Below are positions 1-12,349 of a stretch of DNA of 62,067 nucleotides, one piece after another. Position 1 is the stretch's first letter. Each line of letters begins with the position of its first letter. Under the pieces are notes generated by a model that ran no database searches, was not told the origin of the DNA, and saw only the letters and a list, made by a program, of their open reading frames with translations. A program made the translations under genes and the position numbers. Source of the DNA: Octopus bimaculoides (lineage: Eukaryota). The DNA is taken from positions 43,633,525-43,695,591 of the forward strand of contig NC_068981.1 in the NCBI RefSeq assembly GCF_001194135.2, read 5' to 3'.

Positions 1-303
1 TATATATGTATATATTCGAGTTAGAAGACAGAGATGTAATGGATACAAATTAATTTATCAATTACTTAACATATTCACCTACAATTGTGAAATGAAATAA
101 TTGTAGGTGGATATGTCAAGTAATCAATAAACTAATTTTTGTCCATTAGATCTCCCTGCTTTCTAAATCGATAATAATGTATTATATTTTATGATATTTT
201 AGATAATATATTTATTAAAGAAATATCTCTTCAAAATAAAATATATTAAACTAGTGTATCTTGGATAGAATATCCCTATAAGAGGTTTAAATATCCTCAT
301 TGT

Positions 304-306
<3 letters not shown>

Positions 307-336
<30 letters not shown>
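307..336. repeat. (TA)n microsatellite
   Basis: Direct dinucleotide run. Confidence 0.95.
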
Positions 337-339
<3 letters not shown>

Positions 340-607
340 CAGAGAGAGAGATAGCATCTGGAAAGTTTGTACATGTATATGTACATATCATCATCATTGT
401 CCTCATTACTGATATTAGACACTGAAGCTTTTTCAATCATAACTTTCACATCACTGAGTCATTCAAGCATTCTAATTGTTTAATTGGTAGCATGAAACTC
501 CAAGTTACCAATCAAATAGTTTCCACTTCTAATAAAATACACACATACACTCTGCTTTATGTCATTATGCATTTAGTACAATTTTCTTTAGACTCATGTT
601 CACCAAC

Positions 608-612
<5 letters not shown>

Positions 613-646
<34 letters not shown>
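613..646. repeat. (TG)n microsatellite
   Basis: Direct dinucleotide run. Confidence 0.95.
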
Positions 647-647
<1 letters not shown>

Positions 648-1794
648 ACGTGCACGTATCTTTTGCCATTGCATATCAGTGAAGTATTTAAACACTAGTG
701 GAAAAAAAACCCCAAACAATGGCCTTCCCTTATCACTATTAACATCAGAAATCAGCGAACCGGTAATTAATCTATAGGAAATATATAACCAATACTGCTA
801 TTGTTTGTAAATTATTATATGAAATAAATAAAGAGAAATATGGACTGTAAACTACTATATAAAATAATTCTCTCATCAAGCTGAATCCAATACTGCATTT
901 AAACTCAAAGTATTTAGTCTGGTATTCCAACATTTCTGCACTCCATTACACTTTTGATAATAATATTTACATGAGTATTGTGCTTTCAGAAGTAATCAGG
1001 CAAAAGTTTATCTTTAACAAGAGGATTGTTCCTGCACAGACAAACTAAATATGATTAATACTGGAACATCAACACATAAACCTCAGTTAGCATGCAGGAA
1101 ATAATTCTGTTTTATGCCAAGTGAGATTAATTTAAAATCTGAATTAGAATGGAGACAAATCCAGGAGAGACACAATTTGTTTTGTTAATAGCAGATTTAG
1201 TTGAACTGATGAAGTAGAAGTCATGTAGCAAATACTTAAGTGTTACAGGTTGAAAAACAATGATTTTCACATTAGTTCTATTGATTTCATGGGGGGAAAG
1301 CTTTTGTCTTTCAAATGGAGTAAAATGAGAGAAGCATTAACAGCAGACTAATATGATGAGAAACTAATAGATTGTCTGTTGGTAAAATCGAATAGCATTG
1401 CTAAAATTGGCTGATTTAAAATAATTAAAGATGAAGACCTGAGATTTACATATTAAAGATGTCTAATTGTCTGGTAGTGTTACTTGTGTTGAAATGTGGA
1501 ATCGTTAAAATGCGTATTAACATTGTTGTGCAAATAGAAATAATTTTATGAGTGCAATTAAGCAGTGTAAATCATGGTATGAAATCTATAGATGACCAGC
1601 TGAGAAATCATACAATAAAATATATATATCATCTAACTATATTAGTAGACAGGCTTTGTTGTAACAGACTGATCAATCCCATAATGCATTAGGTCATGAA
1701 GTATAGTCAAGCCAAATAAGCCAGGGGTGATTATTCCTGTTCATGCTATGGTGATGAAAAGGTTTGAACTCTACGACTTCATATAGCAAAAGGC

Positions 1795-1986
1795 TTATTA
1801 TTTAACCTGTTAGAAATGGTAGCCAAATTTCCCTCAAATGGGGGGGGGGGGTGTTCCTGTCTTAAAAAAAGGAAGGACACATTATTTGAAATATGTAAGA
1901 AAAAGTTGGGGTTGGTCACAGGTGGACAATATTTTGCTCATAAACCTATTCCATCAGAGCTGGTTTGAGACTAAACAATAACAATG
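1795..1986 (+). mobile_element. Dispersed repeat, SINE-like ('family D')
   Basis: The motif ttagaaatggtagccaaatttccctcaaat recurs in diverged form at ~26665 and ~24500. The 3' part ending ctaaacaataacaa resembles the arms at 25015-25347. Confidence 0.5.
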
Positions 1987-2019
1987 TCCATCAAGTTGGC
2001 TGAGGCTGTGTATGTTATA

Positions 2020-3780
2020 TGAGTTTGGTGCATGTATATGGACACAGCACAAAACCAACCCAGGATGTGAATAGTTAGACACTGAGACTAGTAGCCCAAC
2101 TACTTTTACTGCTCGGGGGAAGCTGTCGATAAATGATGTTCAAATTTGAACATTTTAAAAGTCATATAAGAATATCTATTTGGTTTTGACTTATGATGGA
2201 ATATCATGAAGTAGATATCTATTACTAAGCCAATTTTTCATTTTGGTTAAGCTTTGCATTGCAGTTCTTGAGTAAAGTATTTATCTATTGAACCTTATTG
2301 TCCAACTTCAATTTTTCTCATTGGCACTGAACACAAATCATTTCTTCATGGTTACATCTTCCACAGAGACCACACCTAACTGAAGTGTAATAATTCCTGC
2401 ATAATAATATACGTTCTGAAATGCCTATCTCAGAAAGAAAATGAAGTTATGAATATTTCAAATATACTTGACCACATGATAAAATGTAATGTCTCTGGAC
2501 ATATTTATTTTAAAGAACAATTTTCACATTCGAGAAGTTTTATGTCAAATGTTCATAATTCAATACATGTTATATATGAGTTCTTGATGCCAATATCTTT
2601 TGTTTTATATTATTCAATTGGTTTTCAGTGTTGGAATATAATGGATAGTCTAATAAATTCAGAAACATATTAATTGCTGCAACTACTATTTCTTCTGCTA
2701 TTGCTGTTGAAATTGTTGTTGAGAAGCTCTACTATACTATACTTCAGCAAATCTATGGTACAAAAGAAACCAATTAAATTTTCAGGAGTCATTCAGAGAT
2801 CCTTAACCTTTGACAGATTGATATAAAACATTGAACTTCTTGATATGGATCAAACTTTTGCATTTGATCTTCAATTGTTATTGTAAGATTCTGAGGCAAT
2901 CTGCTTGAATACATAGGACTTAAAACATGGGATCTTCGTTTTAAAGATAATAAAGTGCTTCTTGTGAAATATTTAGCAGCCAGAACGAGCAGAATAAGCA
3001 GCTCTGTTGAAATTATTTTTTTGGTGTTTTCATTGCTGCTGTCGGTATTTAGTTTCAGGTCAGCTCTTTTTAAGCATACCTGTAATCAAAGATATTTTAG
3101 TTATGCTGTCAGTTACTATAGACTATGATTGTTTTGTCTTTTTGTTAAATATTGCGTTCCTGGACTACATTATCCAATGTTACATTTTATTTTTAAAACA
3201 GTAGGATGTGATTTGATATTTCTAGTATCCTGAGCCTTTGAATAGCAAACTACACATCAGTCTCTTAACCAAGCAATCTTGTTGGTTTCTAGGGTCCACA
3301 CTTTCTCCACTCATCAACAAAAGTAGTCATGTGTGCAATGTTGTTTGGATAAAGCCCCCACATTCACTGATCACTTTGTATCTAGTATGACTCTGTACTC
3401 ACTATGTAAATCTTCTCCCTTCAACCATGCACATGACCATGCACATATACACGGCAAGTGTGAAAAAGCACAACTGGTTGATTCATATCAAGACCATCAA
3501 TCCAAACACTGTCCCTTTTTTAGTCTCAAACAATGTGGTTCAGAGCTAGTTCCAGTTCACCTGATATTAATCTATATCCCCACTATCACCACCACATTTC
3601 TCTCTGGGAATCTTCTTGATGTTTAAAAACAGTGTTGTGTTCTCTATTCTCAAGAAGTCTCTTCTTCATGATCCTCAGTGCAGCTGCCATAAAATCCACA
3701 ATAATGAACATTGTATTCAGTCATTCACTCCCAAGAGATTGACACTCGGGGATTCTGTCACTATATTTGTCTTTCATGCA
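2020..3780 (-). mobile_element. Possible highly decayed DIRS-like (tyrosine recombinase) retrotransposon relic
   Basis: Broken minus-strand translation gives VVAAINMFL (2686-2660), LCSVP (2339-2322) and RAV-SSWA (2115-2093), in the order expected for a DIRS YR domain. An RNase H-like VNVGALSK lies upstream. Many stops; motif recall only. Confidence 0.3.
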
Positions 3781-3789
3781 CTGATGACA

Positions 3790-4087
3790 GTATCGCCTGA
3801 TTGGCACGTAAAAAGCACCATTCGAGTGTGGTCGATGCTAATGCCATCTGACTGACCCCGTGTCAGTGGCACATAAAAAGCACTATTCAAGTGTGATCAT
3901 TGCCAGTGGCATGTAAAAAGCACCCACTACATTCTCGGAGTGGCTGGCATTAGGAAAGGCATCCAGCTGTATAAACTTTGCCTGATCAGATTGGAGCCTG
4001 ATGCAACCTTCTGGCTTGCCAGCCCTCAGTCAAACTGTCCAGTCCATGCCAGCATGGAAAGCAGATGTTAAATGATGACGATGATGA
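3790..4087 (+). mobile_element. RTE LINE 3' end (5'-truncated)
   Basis: Ends ...agcatggaaagcagatgttaaatgatgacgatgatg, the same 3' UTR and tail that is joined to RT coding sequence at 54098-55975. Carries three ggcacgtaaaaagcac-like subrepeats. Confidence 0.85.
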
Positions 4088-6936
4088 GTGTTGAGAATGA
4101 GGCACCCACTGGCTTGCAAATGTTCAAGAGGAATGTTAAGACATTAAAATCATTGGTTTTATAGGATCTGCAAAAGCTATAGGCATAGCCACTTCCTCTA
4201 AAATTAACCATTAATATAAAAAGAGTTGTAGACAGTCCAGACAAAGATTAGTCTTGACACACAGAATGTAAGTCAAATGTTTAAACAAGATTTAAAAATT
4301 CATAATTTCAGATACGTTTTATTCTATTTTCACTAGGATTACTGCAGTTAAGCGATGGGTAGGAATGAATTAGTTGTACAGATAGATCCAAAGACTAGCA
4401 TTGTGATAGGTGAGCAATTATAGACTTTTAGTAAAGTCCATAATCAGGAAAAAAAACCCAGTGTGAGTTTGCATAGAAGTGAGTAATTCAAAAAGGAAAT
4501 ATGACAGTTAAAATATATGTAGTTAGAGAAAATAGATCTATTTCAAGCTCAGGCCATTTATTGAGACAGAATTGTTAAAGTATTGTGTGTAGTTGTCCAA
4601 GAATGATGGTGGTAATAGGTTTAGCATCATAAAGCAGTGAATTGGTAGAATTGCTTGAATGTCAGACAAAATACCTTATATTTATTCTTGAAATTTCCTT
4701 CTGATGTAAACATTGACTTTCATCCTTCTAAGGCTCAGTAAAATAAAATAAAATAGTGATCACGGGAAGTATATTGATAGGATTGCTAGAGGGCAGGGCA
4801 AAATACTTTGTGGTGTTTGCTCTAATTCTTTATGTACTGAATGCCCAGACAGATGTAGCAAACTTTCTTGTATCTACCCAATAAGATGGTGTCTAGTAAA
4901 AATGCCTGAAGGAAGGATATAAGTGACAATGAACTTTGTATTCTTCCTTGAAAATTCCATGACAAAAACACAGCTCTTATCAAAGAATCACCAGAGGGTG
5001 GGTTCAGTGATATGATTACATCAGTAAATTATAGTCTCTTGTGAATGGCAACCTTGTTGTCTGCAGTCAACATGTATTGTATAATGTCTCTTCAGCTGGA
5101 CAGTCAATACTAATAAACAGCCATTTCTTTCACCTCAGGAAGATGCAGTTTCTACTGTTTAGTCCAAAGACAATTCTGATTGAGTGGAACAATGATCAAA
5201 AATATTCCAGCCATGAATATCCTGGCAATTTTAGATAGGTGAATATACATAGTCAGGTTTCACTGCTTTTACTCTTGTTGGCATGGGAGTATCGGACAGA
5301 TAATACATGTTGCATATTCTCTGTAGATATATACAAGTACCTATAGTTAAAGTTGGAGAATTCACATTTCTTGCTGTTTATGTTTTTGACAGAAGCATTT
5401 TAATCATACATCAATACAAACCTGGGATCAAAGGGCATCCAGCCAGAAACATACTGGCTTTATAGGAGTATATGTGTCTAATATGTTCTCCCCACTTTTA
5501 AGATGATAAGGTGTATGTAAAGAAAAATTTGACTCCTATTTCTCTTGTTGCCAGTTAATTGTGATTAAGGTAGCAAAGTTCACATTTTATACTGTTAATT
5601 TTGTTGAGAGAAATATTTAATTAACCTCTAATGTTGGGGTCAGAGTTTAGAATTAAGATTGAGGTTATAGCTATTAGAGTCTGCTCTATGGTTGAGATCA
5701 GATGTGAGAGAGAAAGAGAGTGAGAGGGGGGGGGGTGAGGAAAGGTAGAAGAAGGGAGGGTGAGGAGGAGAGAAATAGAAGTGTAAGCAAGTAAGTAATG
5801 CATGTATCACCGTGTGGTTATGAAGTATTTCTCAACCAGATGGTTTCCAATTTGGTGCACTGTATAGTGTCTTGGGTAATGCTTTGTGAGTGGTTGGTGG
5901 ACGGTGTATAGAAACTCACCTGTTTTGCCTGACAGCCTTGAATTGGACTTTTCTTCCTCAGCTTTTGTCTTATTACCCCTGCTTGACCAATACTCCCTGA
6001 TTAACTTGCCAATAGATCCTATCCCCAAGTTCCTTCTTCTGCTGCTTTCTTCCTTGTGAACTCTTCACTTCTCTCAAGAAAAAAAAAAAACAAAACAAAC
6101 AAAACAAAACGTACAAGTGTTATGTTCAGCTTTTAATCTGTTTGTTTCTGCTATTTCTTCATGTGGATATCAGTTTCTTTATCACACTCATCGCTCTTCT
6201 TTTGTGAATTTTAGCACTGTCCTCTCATACTTTGGACATTTAACAAAACACTCAAGAATTTTTACCGTAGTTGTGGAAGTTTTACCAGTTTCTTTAACTT
6301 ATTTTCTCATTACAGAATTCTTACATTTTTTTCTTTTTCAAATTTAAGACTAAACAACACCCTTTCTTTGTTCAAAATCGTTTTCACTCCCATGTGTATA
6401 TTTGTCATACACTTGCACATACATAACACCCTCCACATTGCTGTTATCATCTCATGTGCTTTACTAATATATTTATTCCCTTTTCTTGCACATGCAACTG
6501 TCCTCACCTCATGTTCCACACCATCCAACATAAAGATTACACACACGCACACACAATACCCCCACTAACTCATACCTATATTCTTCCACATTTGCCCACT
6601 TATACACTTACATATACCATACTAACATACATACATATACATCATTTCCACTTATGCACATTTTCAAAACACAGATTCATCTATACTTGCATCTACACAT
6701 CCATACTTCCCTCCTTTTAACTACCCTACAAAATATTTGTATCTGGCTTCTAACCCATCACCTGTTTTCTCACTCTATCCCTTTCACATTCCCTCTATGC
6801 CTCACTCTTACTTTCTTCTGAGGAAAGACTAACGTCAGAGTCATTAAGACACATTCTCTTTCTATTAAAATATTAATCTAACTTATTAGTTTTCAGACTG
6901 TGTTCCTCCTTCTTTATCATTTTTTACTGTTCATCT

Positions 6937-6939
<3 letters not shown>

Positions 6940-6994
<55 letters not shown>

Positions 6995-7010
6995 GTAGGT
7001 ATGTATATAT
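6940..7010. repeat. (TA)n/(TATG)n microsatellite
   Basis: Direct repeat run. Confidence 0.9.
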
Positions 7011-7409
7011 ATGTCAATATGGAGCAAATTTTCACACAGGTGGCTGCCATGATTTAGTGCAAAAGGAATCAGGTGCAATTCAATGTGACAGATTGGGGCT
7101 CTCCATCATGGTAGCACATGCTGAAGAAGGTGGGGCTATAATGCCAATCTGGAAACCGGTCCATGTGAGTCCAAATACTTGAATGTATGCTGAGAGATTG
7201 TCTTAGCCTGTTTGCCTTCAGATAGCTGATTTGTATAGTTATTATCAGTGTATTTTGGCAATTTAAATAAGAGTTTTGACTGTTATTTCCAGCAGGTAGA
7301 CATACTTATTATGTCCTTTGATTAATTTTAATCCATCAGCTATCTTTATATATGTATATATGTATATATATGTGTGTGGGTGTGTGTATACATATATATA
7401 TATACATAT

Positions 7410-7658
7410 ATCGTCATCATCGTCATTTAACATCCGCTTTCCATGCTGTCATGAGTTAGGCAGTTTGACTGAGGGCTGGCAAGCCAGAAGGCTGCACCAG
7501 GCTCCAATCTGATCAGGCAAACTTTCTACAGCTGGATGCCCTTCCTAATGCCAACCACTCTGAGAGTGTAGTGGGTGCTTTTACATGCCACCGGCATGAG
7601 GGCCAGTTAGGCGGTACTGGCATCAGCTATGCTCAAATGGTGCTTTTTACATACCACT
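7410..7658 (-). mobile_element. RTE LINE 3' end
   Basis: tcatcatcgtcatttaacatccgctttccatgctg... is the reverse complement of the RTE tail and UTR. Confidence 0.85.
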
Positions 7659-8063
7659 CGCTGGAGTTTGATGTTGCTGCCCTCATCTGTGTTTCTTGCT
7701 GCAAGGTATGTTCATCCAGAACTCCTGACAGGGGGAGATCCAGCTTTGTTTATATACAACTTTCTGTTTCTACTGCCAGACCAGCATGAGAAAGCAGATT
7801 TAATGGTGATGAGAGACACATTTGATGTTCATATTTTTGTCTATTTGTAGGTGTTCTGATATCTAAAGTTAAGGTCTGATGAATAAACAGAAATACAATA
7901 GATACAATTAGTCAGTGAAGTCATATATAATGTAGTAAACATTAAAATGTTAATTAAAAATAATTATTCAGAAAGGAAAAGAGCATATTAGTCAATGATG
8001 AATATTATTTTAGTTATTCTGGGAAAAACAGGAGAAAAAATCCACACATATTTTGATCTTTTA

Positions 8064-8345
8064 TTGAACTCATTTGTGAGAAATAACTATATATGTTGAA
8101 GTAGTGATGGGAGAATTTTTGAGGAATGGTACGAAATTGCGAACTCATTTGTGTAGAAAATTAGAATTGTTCACAGAATAAATTATTTAGAGATTTCAAC
8201 CAGACATATTTTGAGCTCATCTGTGAAACATAAATTTCCCTAAACTTGTTGAAGTATTGATAGAAGAATTCCTTAGTGATCATACAAGATTGTACACTTG
8301 TTAGCAGAGAAAATTAGAATTGTCACAGAATAAATTTCTTAGAGA
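8064..8345. repeat. Degenerate ~148-bp tandem duplication
   Basis: 8064-8193 and 8211-8345 share ttga[a/g]ctcat.tgtga, tgttgaagta.tgat and gaaaattagaattgt(t)cacagaataaatt..ttagaga. Confidence 0.75.
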
Positions 8346-9402
8346 CATAATCTGCAAGAAAAACAGCAAAAGTTATGTTAATACTAATGTATTGAATGAA
8401 GACAACATTAAAAGCTTAACTAGAAACAATTACTTGGTGATGAGGATAAAGCAATATTAATTATTGTTTGAATATTGGTTTAATTATTTTAGAAAGTGTG
8501 TGAGATTAGTGTTGACATGTTTCAGTATCATTATGACTTCACCTGCAAGACACAGACTTCACCATAGTTGCTGTAGTGGTGGTGGAAAAAATCATGAAGT
8601 GAATGTGTAAACTTTTAAATGTCTGAAGAGGTGTGACATTACTGTAGTAAAGGAACTTGAAGCTATGTTGTGTAAATGCAGCCATGCCACATTGGCCTTT
8701 TTACACGTGGGTAAAGTAACAATGCTGAAAGTCCTGGATTCAACCAAGATGCAAACCCTTTTGTCTCATCCCATTTTTGGGGTGATTTAGACAATGAATG
8801 ACATCTTTGAAGTTTGTTAAATATAGGGTCATCAAGGAATTTTCAAAAAGCTCACACCAGGTTTTATCCATGGTTGGAGCAACCCATTAATACTAAACCA
8901 AACACTTTTTCTGCAACACTCAATGTTTTGAACCACCTTGGATTCACTGACTGACAAGTGTAATGCTCAACTTGCCCAGCTGGTTGCTATTTCTAGCAGA
9001 TTGAGTAATTGCTTAGAGTTTCAGCCAATTGTTTTTATCTTATAGTGTTCCTAATCACCTCCATGTCTATGACAATGCTTTTTGACTCTCTAGATAGAGC
9101 AACTACGAGGAGACATTAAAAAAATGACAATCAAAGTTAAATTATTTTAGGTTCTTCAAATACACAACCTCTTCATTTTATTGTTACTTATGAAAGAATT
9201 ACATTAACACAGTGATCCCACTGTTTAAACTGTATGAATCCTATTGAATCATTTTATGGCAAACAAGATACTAGTATGTAATTTTTATATTCATCACTAC
9301 ACCATCTCCTTAGCCTAGCTATTCAGACCTTGCATATCTAATCTATCACACACATAAGTATGGATGATACTAGAAAGGCACGGCTAATGATGGGAAATGT
9401 CC

Positions 9403-9635
9403 TTAACTATTTTGATATCTGCCTGTAATAGTTCTTCATTCTGTGATACAAGCTTCTTGTTTTAGAGTGATCTAAATTAAAATGTTCCATCAAAATTCCA
9501 TATCAATTTGTGTTTTAAACAACATCTTAGTAATGACTAAATTATTTTACTAAATTTCCATTATTCTAAAAATCAATCAAAACTAAAAGCAATGTTTTTT
9601 ATCATAAATATGATGAAGAAAAAAGGCTGGCACTT
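9403..9635 (+). mobile_element. MITE-like dispersed repeat starting TTAAC
   Basis: Aligns by eye with 50834-50968 (aattaaaat.ttcca.caa; ttt.tgtt..aaca; t.actaa..tatt). The TTAA-C start suggests a non-autonomous DNA element (inference). Confidence 0.45.
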
Positions 9636-11707
9636 GAATTCTCATTATAGTTTATTAAAAATATAGTGTAATGTGAAGGTGAATGTCTCTTTACTCCTCT
9701 GGGCTACATACACACTTTCTCTCTCTCTCTCTCTCTCTCCTCGTCTCTCATTCTTACTATTTCCCCTCCCCTTTTCTTCTCTCTATTTCTCCTCTCTCTC
9801 ACTTTCTCTCCCACTCTCTCTCTGTACTTATGCTATCGCTGCTATAATAGCCTCTGAACTAGCTAGTTACATATTACTTCTTCACTTCCACCAATGCTCA
9901 CTCAACACACCTGTCTCTCTCATCTGCTTATTCATAGTATGTATCTTCCCTGTGACTTGCCAACCCACTAGCTATTCTGTTCAGTTCTTCATTCCCAAAA
10001 CTTCAGACTTCTGAAATTCTCTTCAGTTCATATTTTCTCCTGCAGACGTTGATTTACAAAAGTTCAAAATACAACATCAATCAAATGAATATTACCAATG
10101 CACACATATCTTACTACTCATTAAGTAAGGTAAAAAGAAAAAAAGTCTTGATGTAATTTTTAACACCAGTTTCATAGTGAGAAATAGATGAGAGACCAAT
10201 CTAAAGTTCAGTAGGAAACTAAACAACAAGGTACACTGGAACAATGTTGATTAAGGTTTTCTGTCTAGAAACAGTATTAAATGCCTGTGGGTGATTTGAA
10301 CTTATAATCCAAAATAAATGGTTCCATACCTTTTTCATTTAGTTATATTATCCCTGCATTACTTTAAAAATACACTGAGTGTGTAATATTGGCTCAGATG
10401 TTATTGTCATTGTTGATTAGCAGTCGAATAGTACTGATCTAAAGCATACCAGGTGAGTTTTTTCAAACTTAGTATATTCAACACTACATTATGCAGTGTT
10501 TCTATCTTTTCTTTTTAAGAATAGTTTGTTTTTAAGATGATTTAGCTACAATTTTAGCAGATCAAAAGACTACAAAGAGGTTCCTTTGCTAATGCTAAAT
10601 TCTAGTGATATCTATAAAGAGCATAACACATTTTTGAGTAGATTCTAAATCCTATTTCAGCAAAACGAATTTTGGTCATAGTAGAAATTAAACTTTGTAA
10701 ACTCTCAAAGGATTGAGACAACATTCTTGTTCATTATAAATTCACAATATACTGAGAGAATGTGGAAAGTTTTTAGCAAAGAAAATTTGACATTATATTA
10801 AATTACTACTACCAAATTCATTCAAATTTAGTTTCTAGGAGAGGTAAAGGATGAAGACCATTCTTATTCCTCATAAATTCAAAATAAACCATGAAGATAA
10901 GATGTCAGTTGTAAAGCAAAGGAACATTGAGATATCATATCCAATTACTGGCACCGAATGCTTTCAAACACAAAGGATGGTATAAAATGCTCAAGTAATA
11001 AACTTGCTGACAATTTGTGCATAATAAAGCTGTTGATATAATCTAATAATATAAATACTCAAAACAAAATATTCTCAGATGAGAAGTAAAGGATAAAGAA
11101 GTATTTCATTTACTAAGCTAGTGATGATGTATTGCAGCTAAGAAAGTTGATAGTGTGTCAGGTTGTCAGTCCAAGGGTTGAGGGTTCATATGTTTCTATT
11201 CAATCAGTGTTTTGACTGTTTCACTAGTCAAGTCATTATGGATATTTATTAATTCTATAACAGAGATATGCTCAGATTCAAAAACAAAACAAGATAGGGA
11301 TTAACCCTTGGTAAGAAGATGTGGTTGTAACAGTCAAAGTTTTCTTAGTGATTATCGTACTGTGTTGCAAATGTGTGCATTTTGTTTTCTTGTGATGAAT
11401 AAGAAAAGACATAATAATAATTAAAAAGGCCAAAGTAAATTTCCTGAATTCTCTTTACCTATAATTTCTCAATTCAGATAGTTTTGCACAAAATGTTGCT
11501 GGATTCACTGTCTGCTTTGCATCCAACTATGCATGTATAACTGTGTGTACACATGCATGCACAAAAACACAAGCATATTGACACACACAATGAGCCATCA
11601 CCTGGTTTCTCTTAGTCTTTTCTTCCTTGAATAGTGGTGGATGAAATGTGGGCTGTGAATGTTGTAACTTTATGAGTGAAGCCATTATGATTGAGGATTA
11701 TTGAATA

Positions 11708-12349
11708 GGTGCACGAGTGGCTGTGTGGTAAGTAGCTTGCTCACCAACCACATGGTTCCAGGTTCAATCCCACAGTGTGGCACTTTGGGCAAATGTCTTC
11801 AACTATACCTTAGGGCTGACCAAAGCCTTGTGAATGGTAGACAGAAACTGAAAGAATCCTGTCGTATTTATATTTATTTTCTCTCCTTGTTTCTTTCTGT
11901 GTTCCTTTCTGTGGAAGAGCGTAGGCTCGAAATGTTAAGGACTTTTTCACTTCCCGAGCATTAAACTAATACATCTGTTTGTGGTCTACACCACCTGACT
12001 TCGTCTTTTGTTTCTTTTGTGAATTCTCCCCTTATATATNNNNNNNNNNNNNNNNNNNNNNNNNNNNNNNNNNNNNNNNNNNNNNNNNNNNNNNNNNNNN
12101 NNNNNNNNNNNNNNNNNNNNNNTATATATATATATATGTGTGTATGTATGTATGTATGTGTTTGTCTCCCTACCATCACTTGACAACTGTTGTTGGTACA
12201 TTTACATCCCTGTAACTTAGCAGTTTGGCAAAAGACACTGATAGAATAAGTACTAGGTTTACAAAGAATAAATCCTGGGATCGATTTGTTCAACTAAAAT
12301 GGTGCTCCAGCATGGCTACAGTCAAATGACTGAAACAAATAAAAGAATA
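11708..12349 (+). mobile_element. tRNA-headed SINE, family A (spans N gap)
   Basis: A-box-like gtggctgtgtgg, B-box-like ggttcaatccc, internal TA/TG microsatellite and 3' end gcatggctacagtcaaatgactgaaacaaataaaag. Other copies at 34.5, 35.0, 46.0, 53.1, 53.9 and 59.5 kb. Confidence 0.9.
12040..12122. other. Assembly gap (N run)
   Basis: N bases inside a (TA)n tract. Confidence 1.

Noticed and set aside
5920-6072. Minus-strand exon with a T-rich acceptor and CAG|gtgagt donor
   Set aside because: All three frames contain a stop between the splice sites. It could only be non-coding and has no other support.
11708-11785. tRNA genes at SINE heads
   Set aside because: A/B-box-like motifs are present, but there is no complete cloverleaf and they run into SINE bodies.
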